Source: Omnitrophica WOR_2 bacterium RIFCSPHIGHO2_02_FULL_50_17 (lineage in GTDB: Bacteria; Omnitrophota; Gorgyraeia; Zapsychrales; Zapsychraceae). From it: a stretch of 64,000 nt of DNA. The stretch lies in the NCBI GenBank assembly GCA_001805645.1, contig MHGQ01000049.1, positions 66,216 through 130,215 of the forward strand. The letters are read 5' to 3'. Below are positions 57,526 through 64,000 of the stretch, piece after piece. Every line of letters starts with the position of its first letter. Position 1 is the stretch's first letter. The notes below the pieces were generated by a model. The model had not been told where the DNA came from, made no database searches, and saw nothing but the letters and a program-made list of their open reading frames with translations. The position numbers and the translations under genes were made by a program.

Positions 57526-60501
57526 TTACCACCTCAACGGTTTTTGCCATGCCTGCTTAAGATAATCCACAGAAATCCTAACGCATACTTCTTGGTCAAG
57601 GCCATAGATCATACACTCCGGTGTGTCTTGCACCTGCCCGATCAGGGCGAAAGGCACTCCCCGCAAGGAACGCTCAAAAAATTTCTGATGCCGCGGCTCC
57701 ACCTCCGCAATAAACCGCGAATTGGATTCTGAAAAAAGAACGATATCGCTGCGCTTCTTTTCCCCCTGATAAACCGCGTCTTTAAGACGCACCGTGACAC
57801 CGAGTCCTCCGCTAAAAGCCATCTCGGAGACGGCAACGCCCATGCCGCCTTCTGAGCAGTCGTGCATCGAGCGGATCAAGCCTTTCCTGACGGCCCCCGC
57901 CAAAGAAAGGAAAATCTCGCTGCCGCGCTTGGTGTTAACCTTAGGCACCGAATGCCCCAAGAGGCCAAAGGTGTCCCAATAAATCGATCCGCCCAGCTCC
58001 TCATGCGTTTCTCCGATGCAATAAACAAGATTACCCGCTTCTTTAAAATCCATTGTAACCGTTTTCGTCACATCCTCAATAATGCCAATCGCCGAAATAA
58101 GAAGCGTCCCTGGAATAGCGATGGATTTCTTTTCCCGACGTTCCAGCTTCGCTGGAAGTCGGGATCCCGACCCCTGCCCCAAGGGCAGGGCGTCGGGACA
58201 TTGCGCATACTCATTGTAAAGACTGTCTTTCCCGGAAATAAAAGGAACCTGATAGCCGACAGCCGTCTTATAACACCCTTGCGCCGCGCGCACCAAGCCG
58301 CCTAAGCGGGCGGGTTTATCCGGACTGCCCCAGCAGAAATTATCCAAAATAGCAATCCTTTCGATACTGCCGCCCACCGCGATAATCTGACGAACAGCCT
58401 CGTCAATACACGAAGCGGCCATCCAGTAAGGGTCAATCATGCCGTAACGGACATTGATGCCGTTGGCAACGGCTATCCCCTTTGTGGATCCCAGCCGCGG
58501 GGTAATCACAGAGGCATCCGATGGGCCGTCGCAGTGCACCCCCACCAAAGGCTTAATGACACTTAGCCCCTGCACCTCGTGATCGTATTGACGGATAACC
58601 CATTCCTTAGAGCAGACATTATAATGGGAAAGAACCTCCAGTAATTTCTCATTCAAATCCACGGACGGCGGAATCCTCACCCTGGGAATTTTTGGCAGAT
58701 GCCAATAAGCCTCCTTGGTCACCTGCGGAAGTCCCCCATGCAGGAATCCCATATCCAAATCGCAGACCTGCTCCCCCTGAAAGAATAATTTCAGCTGTCC
58801 TTCTCCTGTAAATTCTCCGATGACCGCCGCCTCCACATTCTCTCCCGCAAAGATATCAAGAAGCGCCTGCCTGTTCTTCGGCGGCACAGCCAAGACCATC
58901 CGCTCCTGAGACTCAGAGATCCAAATCTCATCGTAACGCAGTCCCCGATACTTCAACGGCACTTTTTCCAGATCCACGCGCGCCCCCCGATCCTTCCCCA
59001 TCTCGCCTACAGCGCTCGACAAGCCGCCGGCGCCGCAATCGGTGATAGCTGTATAAAGATTTTTATCCCGCGCCTGCAGAAGGGCATCCAGCATTTTCTT
59101 TTCCTGAATCGGATCGCCTATCTGCACCGCGCCCGAAGAGACAACCTCGGATTCCTCCGTCAACTCGCCGGAGGAGAAGGTCGCCCCGTGAATGCCGTCG
59201 CGTCCCGTGCGCCCGCCGACAACCACAACCAGATCGCCTTTCCTCACCTTTTTCTTAACCCTATCCTTAGGGATGATCCCGACATTACCGCAATACACCA
59301 AGGGATTTCCGACAAACCCTTTGTCAAAGACAATGGCGCCGTTCACCGTCGGGATTCCCATCTTGTTGCCATAATCCCGAACACCTCCTACCACTCCCTT
59401 CATAATCCGCTTAGGATGCAGTGTCCCGGCGGGCAGCTGTTCAAATGTCATATCCGGCGGCGCAAAACAAAACACGTCCGTACTGCAAATGGGTTTTGCC
59501 CCTAGACCGGTGCCTAATATATCGCGAATCACGCCGCCCACGCCTGTATTCGCTCCGCCGAAGGGTTCCAAGGCCGAGGGATGATTATGGGTCTCGACCT
59601 TAAAACACACATGGGTGTCCTCATCGAACTTAATCACGCCGGCATTATCGTGAAAAACAGATACGCACCAGGGTTTATCAACCTCGCGGGTTGCCTTGAC
59701 AATCGTGGACTTTAAAAGATTGCGGATGACCCGTGTCCTGGTTTTGCCGTTTTCCAGGCAACGGTAACGGATATTCCCGCGGAATGTCTTATGGTAACAA
59801 TGCTCGCTCCAGGTCTGGGCAATCGTCTCCAGCTCGCAATCGGTGGGATTTCGTTTTAACTTTTTAAAATATTTTCGAATGGCCTTCATCTCATCGTGAT
59901 TCAAAAAAAGCTGGCCTTCACGGCTTATCTGCATAAGTTTTTTATCCGAGGCTTGAATTAAATCGATATGCGTCAAAAGGAAACCGCCCTCTTTGAAGGG
60001 AACGCTGAGCGTCTTAGGCGCCGGCGCCCGCCGAACGACATGCTGAATCAGCTTGTTGGAGAGAATTTTATTGACGATCACATCCAATTGTTCAACAGAA
60101 ACCATGCCGTAGAGACGATATTGGCGGGCGGTGCGGACGGCCTGAATCTGGTTAATCCCCAGATCTCGAATTCCTTTGATGACCGATGCCTCGACGGGGT
60201 CTGTCACACCTGGATTATAAGCAATTTCGACGATGTGACAGCCGGACTCCCCTTCCTCGCATGAGGGCGGCAAGGCGCCTTGAGGGGAATAATCATATTC
60301 CTGCGTAATGGGGTCCGCCAACAGTTCGCGGCAGATTTTCTGGATATCCCCTTCAACGAGATCACCTTCCAGATGATAAACAAGGGCGACTTGGACTTTG
60401 GCAATCCCCGCCAACCCCAAATCTACAATATCTTTTTGAATGCCTTCCCCTAAGGCATCAAACACACCCTGCCTTTGTCTGATTTCAACGCGCCAAATCA
60501 T
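57526..60501 (-). CDS. purL: FGAM synthase PurL with two N-terminal PurS-like domains
   Basis: QTWSEHC, ETHNHPS, GRDGIHG and QYDHEV motifs. The N-terminus has GVFDA and PGVTDP PurS-like repeats. Confidence 0.95.
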   Translation of the reverse strand: MIWRVEIRQRQGVFDALGEGIQKDIVDLGLAGIAKVQVALVYHLEGDLVEGDIQKICRELLADPITQEYDYSPQGALPPSCEEGESGCHIVEIAYNPGVTDPVEASVIKGIRDLGINQIQAVRTARQYRLYGMVSVEQLDVIVNKILSNKLIQHVVRRAPAPKTLSVPFKEGGFLLTHIDLIQASDKKLMQISREGQLFLNHDEMKAIRKYFKKLKRNPTDCELETIAQTWSEHCYHKTFRGNIRYRCLENGKTRTRVIRNLLKSTIVKATREVDKPWCVSVFHDNAGVIKFDEDTHVCFKVETHNHPSALEPFGGANTGVGGVIRDILGTGLGAKPICSTDVFCFAPPDMTFEQLPAGTLHPKRIMKGVVGGVRDYGNKMGIPTVNGAIVFDKGFVGNPLVYCGNVGIIPKDRVKKKVRKGDLVVVVGGRTGRDGIHGATFSSGELTEESEVVSSGAVQIGDPIQEKKMLDALLQARDKNLYTAITDCGAGGLSSAVGEMGKDRGARVDLEKVPLKYRGLRYDEIWISESQERMVLAVPPKNRQALLDIFAGENVEAAVIGEFTGEGQLKLFFQGEQVCDLDMGFLHGGLPQVTKEAYWHLPKIPRVRIPPSVDLNEKLLEVLSHYNVCSKEWVIRQYDHEVQGLSVIKPLVGVHCDGPSDASVITPRLGSTKGIAVANGINVRYGMIDPYWMAASCIDEAVRQIIAVGGSIERIAILDNFCWGSPDKPARLGGLVRAAQGCYKTAVGYQVPFISGKDSLYNEYAQCPDALPLGQGSGSRLPAKLERREKKSIAIPGTLLISAIGIIEDVTKTVTMDFKEAGNLVYCIGETHEELGGSIYWDTFGLLGHSVPKVNTKRGSEIFLSLAGAVRKGLIRSMHDCSEGGMGVAVSEMAFSGGLGVTVRLKDAVYQGEKKRSDIVLFSESNSRFIAEVEPRHQKFFERSLRGVPFALIGQVQDTPECMIYGLDQEVCVRISVDYLKQAWQKPLRW
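58133..58198. repeat. 66-bp double-hairpin element inserted in frame in purL
   Basis: TCCCGAC...GTCGGGATCCCGAC...GTCGGGA, translated as PDALPLGQGSGSRLPAKLERRE. Confidence 0.85.
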
Positions 60502-60555
60502 GTTTAATGAATGACGAATGGATACGGGTTGTGTGAGGAGTTGTAAATTCAAAGG

Positions 60556-61263
60556 TTATCGGCTGACTCTGCTTAATACTTCCCGGTAGGCTTCCTCAAT
60601 CTCCCCCAAATCATGCCGAAAGCGGTCTTTATCAAGCTTCTTGCCCGTACCGATCTCCCACAGACGGCAAGTGTCGGGCGAAATCTCATCGGCGAGGATA
60701 ATCTTATCCTTGTATCTGCCAAATTCCAATTTAAAATCTACCAGTTCCAGTTTCAGCTTTGCAAAAAATTCCTTCAATAAATCATTGATTTTAAACGTAA
60801 ACCCTTTCATGGTCTCAATTTCCTGATCGGTTGCCAGATGAAGGGCACGGATGTGATATTCGTTGATCAACGGATCGCCGAGGGAATCGCACTTATAACA
60901 GAACTCCAACACCGGCGAGAGAAGCGCCATTCCCTCCTTGAGGCCTAAAAGCCGGCACAGAGAGCCGGCCGCCTTGTTGCGCACGACCATCTCAATGGGA
61001 ACGATCTCCACTTTTTTAACAAGCATATCGCGGTCATTGAGACGCCGCTCAAAATGGGTGGGGATCCCCTGGGCGGAGAGAAACTCGAAAATCTTCGAAG
61101 AGATCTGATTATTCATAATGCCCTTATCAACAATTGTTCCTTTCTTCGCCGCATTAAAGGCGGTGGCATCATCCTTGAAATACTGGATAAGCAAATCGGG
61201 GTTATCCGTCGTATAAATGATCTTCGCCTTGCCCTCGTAAACCTTATGCCCCCTTTGAACCAT
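60556..61263 (-). CDS. purC: SAICAR synthase
   Basis: YEGKAK, FKDDATAFN, DFKLEFG and DEISPDTCRLW motifs; start at MVQRGH. Confidence 0.97.
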   Translation of the reverse strand: MVQRGHKVYEGKAKIIYTTDNPDLLIQYFKDDATAFNAAKKGTIVDKGIMNNQISSKIFEFLSAQGIPTHFERRLNDRDMLVKKVEIVPIEMVVRNKAAGSLCRLLGLKEGMALLSPVLEFCYKCDSLGDPLINEYHIRALHLATDQEIETMKGFTFKINDLLKEFFAKLKLELVDFKLEFGRYKDKIILADEISPDTCRLWEIGTGKKLDKDRFRHDLGEIEEAYREVLSRVSR

Positions 61264-61264
61264 T

Positions 61265-62557
61265 TCACAGTCCCACTTTCTTAAAGATTTTGTCGGTATG
61301 CCGCATATAATAGCGGATATCAAAACAACCGTCGATCTCGCTGGGTTTAAGATACTTGCGCACCTTTCTGTCCCTATACAGGATATCCCTGAAATCCGAA
61401 GTCTCCTGCCAGACCTGCATGGCGCAGCGCTGAATAAGTTCATAGGCCGCCTCACGGGTTAAGCCCTTCTTCATCAATTCCAAAAGCACCCTCTGCGAGT
61501 AAATAAGCCCTTTGGTTTTGCTAAGGCTGGCGATCATGTTTTTCGGATAGACCAGCAAGCCGTCGATAATCGGGATCAGTTTATAAAACATGTAATTCAA
61601 GGCGATCGTGCAATCCGGCAGGATAATGCGCTCTACGGAGGAATGGCTGATATCCCGCTCATGCCAGAGACTGATATTCTCAAAAGCGGCCTGGGCATTG
61701 GCGCGTAATATACGCGAAAGCCCCGAGATGCGCTCGCACGTGACGGGGTTACGCTTATGAGGCATGGCCGATGAGCCGATCTGCCCCTTGAAGAAAGGCT
61801 CCTCCACCTCCATAACTTCTGTCTTCTGCAAAAGCCGAATTTCCGTAGCAATCTTATTGAGGGAGGAACCTATCAAGGCAATGGTTGTAACAAATTGACA
61901 GTGATGATCCCTCTGGATAATCTGGGTAGCGATATTGACCGGCTTTAAATTCAACTTTTCGCAGACATACTCTTCCACATAAGGGTCAATATTGGCATAG
62001 GTTCCGACAGCGCCGGATAATTTCCCGAACCGCATCATCTCCTTGGCCTGTTCCATCCGCTCATAATTGCGTCCCATCTCATCATACCAAACGGCCAATT
62101 TTAAGCCGAACGAGGTCGGCTCCGCATGGACGCCGTGGGTGCGGGCGATACAGGGTGTGTCCTTGTATTTTCTGGCCTTTTGTTTAAGGATAAGCAAAAA
62201 TTTTCTTATATCCGCCAAAAGGATGTCACTGGCCTCAACACACTGAACAGAAAGCGCCGTATCCAGCAAATCCGAGGAAGTAAGCCCCATGTGCAGATAA
62301 CGGGCCTCCGGCCCTAAATATTTCCCAACATTGTTGATAAAGGCGACCACATCATGCTTAGTCTTCTCCTCCAGCCTCTTGACCTCGTCGATATCAAATT
62401 TGGCGCTCTTCTTGATCTTTTCCAAAGCTTTCTTGGGAATAATCCCCAGCTTGCACATCGCCTCACAGGTCAGGACCTCAATTTGAAGCATAATCTCCAT
62501 CTTGTGCTTTTCCGACCAGATATTGCCCATCTTGGATAAAGTGTAACGGTCAATCAT
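61265..62557 (-). CDS. purB: Adenylosuccinate lyase
   Basis: MIDRY, THGVHAEP and GSSAMPHKRNP motifs. Confidence 0.97.
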   Translation of the reverse strand: MIDRYTLSKMGNIWSEKHKMEIMLQIEVLTCEAMCKLGIIPKKALEKIKKSAKFDIDEVKRLEEKTKHDVVAFINNVGKYLGPEARYLHMGLTSSDLLDTALSVQCVEASDILLADIRKFLLILKQKARKYKDTPCIARTHGVHAEPTSFGLKLAVWYDEMGRNYERMEQAKEMMRFGKLSGAVGTYANIDPYVEEYVCEKLNLKPVNIATQIIQRDHHCQFVTTIALIGSSLNKIATEIRLLQKTEVMEVEEPFFKGQIGSSAMPHKRNPVTCERISGLSRILRANAQAAFENISLWHERDISHSSVERIILPDCTIALNYMFYKLIPIIDGLLVYPKNMIASLSKTKGLIYSQRVLLELMKKGLTREAAYELIQRCAMQVWQETSDFRDILYRDRKVRKYLKPSEIDGCFDIRYYMRHTDKIFKKVGL

Positions 62558-62635
62558 ACGAATTGTCTCTCCTCTTTCGGGGGGGGTTAGAATCCTCTCT
62601 TCATGTCCCAACGGCTTTCATCCATGAGAGGTTGT

Positions 62636-62664
62636 AATATACCAAAGAATCGCCTAAAGGTCAA
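62636..62664 (-). promoter_or_regulatory. Sigma70-type promoter of the pur operon
   Basis: Minus strand TTGACC-17 nt-TATATT upstream of purB. Confidence 0.6.
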
Positions 62665-62822
62665 ACAAAAAGAAGAAAAGGACCCTTCACGAACGGCACA
62701 AAGATTATATAACATGTCTAATAGCAACGGGTTGTATCCCTATTCTATTTATTTGCCGTTTCGATAAAAGACAGGCCAAGACGCTTTAAGAAGACAAAAA
62801 GGGGCAAGCGGCGAAAAATATC

Positions 62823-63404
62823 CTACGGAGCGGCTTTCTGTTGAAAATATTCGACACTCACCTGAAGCGCCTCTTTCATGATCTGGGGAGTTGCCTCGAC
62901 GAGCTTCTTGCCGGGCGCACTGCGGTAAAAATCAATCATCGCCTTTAATTCCTCTTGCGTATAATATTTATCATAAATCGGGATGAGCTGTTTGATAATC
63001 TCATCGATGTCAAACAACGCCTCAAAATCTGGCCTTCGCTCCAAAGGGGCCTGGGCAATAATCTGTTCGATATTGGTCTGCATATTCTGCCGCGTCCCAT
63101 TCACCTCCATCAGCGTAATAATCAAATTTACCTTCTCCGGAGATACATCCTCAAATTGGGACGGGTCAATATGCACGGCATCCAGCTCATAGTCATAAGA
63201 CTCCTCATCCTTCTCGATGCGGAGAATCTGATCATTGTAGTAGCGCCGGGGCATCTTCCCCTCCATGACAATCACGTAATAAGATCCTTCGTTGACGATT
63301 TTGCCCTTGACTATTCTCCCATCCTTCAAATAGATAGTCTCGGCGAAGCCAAGAGCCGCTATCCCCGAAAAAAATATGGCCATAAGACCTATTTTAACGT
63401 TCAT
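62823..63404 (-). CDS. Secreted protein with a DUF2059-like C-terminus
   Basis: Signal peptide, ETIYLKDG..V.GKI, and IYDKYYTQEELKAMIDFYRS..GKKL. Confidence 0.8.
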   Translation of the reverse strand: MNVKIGLMAIFFSGIAALGFAETIYLKDGRIVKGKIVNEGSYYVIVMEGKMPRRYYNDQILRIEKDEESYDYELDAVHIDPSQFEDVSPEKVNLIITLMEVNGTRQNMQTNIEQIIAQAPLERRPDFEALFDIDEIIKQLIPIYDKYYTQEELKAMIDFYRSAPGKKLVEATPQIMKEALQVSVEYFQQKAAP

Positions 63405-63798
63405 AATCCCCTCTTCCTGGCAATAGATGCCTTATTCTACTGAATCCCTGTACGCCTTAGGCGGACGGGCTATATGAGCAGAATGAAACTTCGATTGTTT
63501 CGGATCCTTTAAACATATTTTTCGATTTCCCCAACATTCAACCCCCCCGACAAGCTCTTCCACCAAAAGCATGTCAGGAAAGAGCGCCGTCGCCCCGCGA
63601 ACGTTAGTGAGCAGGTGTCCAAAAACGCCTGGCCTGGCACGTTGATTTTTCGCCATGCCTGTCCCCGCCCGAGTGACTGGCACCTGTTCTGTTCCTGATG
63701 TTCCTGAAATCCCTTATTGTCCTAACGGCTCTCGGCGGCATTTTTCTCTAAAAAATCGGATTGCCTCAACGGCATGCTACCCCTGCACGGGTTCTCAC

Positions 63799-64000
63799 TT
63801 AATCATTTGCATTTTTGATCAATTCGTTGTACTTCTTTTTATCCTTTTCTTTGAGCCCTTCCAAAATGTTATTTACCTCTGCAAAATCAGGATGCCCTGC
63901 TGTTGGCCTATTTAACGTAACAAATTCAAATCCATCTTTTCCCTTAGAAAAGCTAATAAGTCCGATATTCGCAGATATAGCAATTCCCTCTATACGATCG
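63799..64000 (-). CDS. 3' end of an unknown protein entering from the right edge
   Basis: Open frame ...DRIEGIAISANIGLISFSKGKDGFEFVTLNRPTAGHPDFAEVNNILEGLKEKDKKKYNELIKNAND*, AT-richer than neighbouring genes. Confidence 0.55.
   Translation of the reverse strand, partial: DRIEGIAISANIGLISFSKGKDGFEFVTLNRPTAGHPDFAEVNNILEGLKEKDKKKYNELIKNAND

Noticed and set aside
60556-62611. Long N-terminal extensions of purC and purB in the ORF track (likewise purL, nrdR, DUF4340, fcl)
   Set aside because: These are upstream in-frame starts that overlap neighbouring genes or spacers; the conserved N-termini begin at the downstream ATGs used here.
62558-62822. Possible purine/ZTP riboswitch upstream of purB
   Set aside because: No recognisable aptamer consensus by eye, and the predicted promoter leaves only a short leader. 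An Rfam scan would settle it.
63432-63683. 83-aa minus-strand ORF, and the 63655-63915 plus-strand ORF
   Set aside because: No recognisable motif or convincing start. The region has short repeats (TCAGGAACA twice) and may be non-coding; I cannot support it as a CDS.
1-64000. Prophage, IS/transposase, defence island, rRNA or tRNA genes
   Set aside because: No integrase, transposase, phage structural, restriction or Cas motifs and no recognisable structural RNA were seen by eye.

Overview
Gene-dense bacterial chromosome segment, almost entirely on the minus strand. The organism is a diderm (LptD present), and the gene repertoire and style suggest a PVC-group lineage such as Ca. Omnitrophota (inference only). 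From right to left: a purine operon (purB-purC-purSL-LOG-purQ-purM-purD-purE) running into tsaC/phosphatase-rpiB-glyA-nrdR-DUF151-tRNA nucleotidyltransferase-Macro/Nudix; an NSS transporter with a small subunit; a Gld-like ABC system; corA and other genes; an ECF sigma/anti-sigma/DUF3106 module with a large secreted repeat protein; miaA-hflX; the hrcA-grpE-dnaK-dnaJ heat-shock operon with a CIRCE; accD; an orphan sugar-ABC ATPase with two diguanylate cyclases; ROK kinase; lptD; and a nucleotide-sugar cluster. No rRNA, tRNA, CRISPR array or transposase was seen. Best leads: (1) the ECF module, which has the same 26-bp promoter-like motif twice, a small secreted protein resembling the anti-sigma tail, and a modular repeat protein; (2) short palindromic elements inserted in frame inside protein genes, including purL; (3) a duplicated purQ 5' end forming a leader ORF; (4) a degenerate-Macro/Nudix fusion next to a probable CC-adding enzyme. 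All family assignments come from motif recognition by eye; no database search was run.
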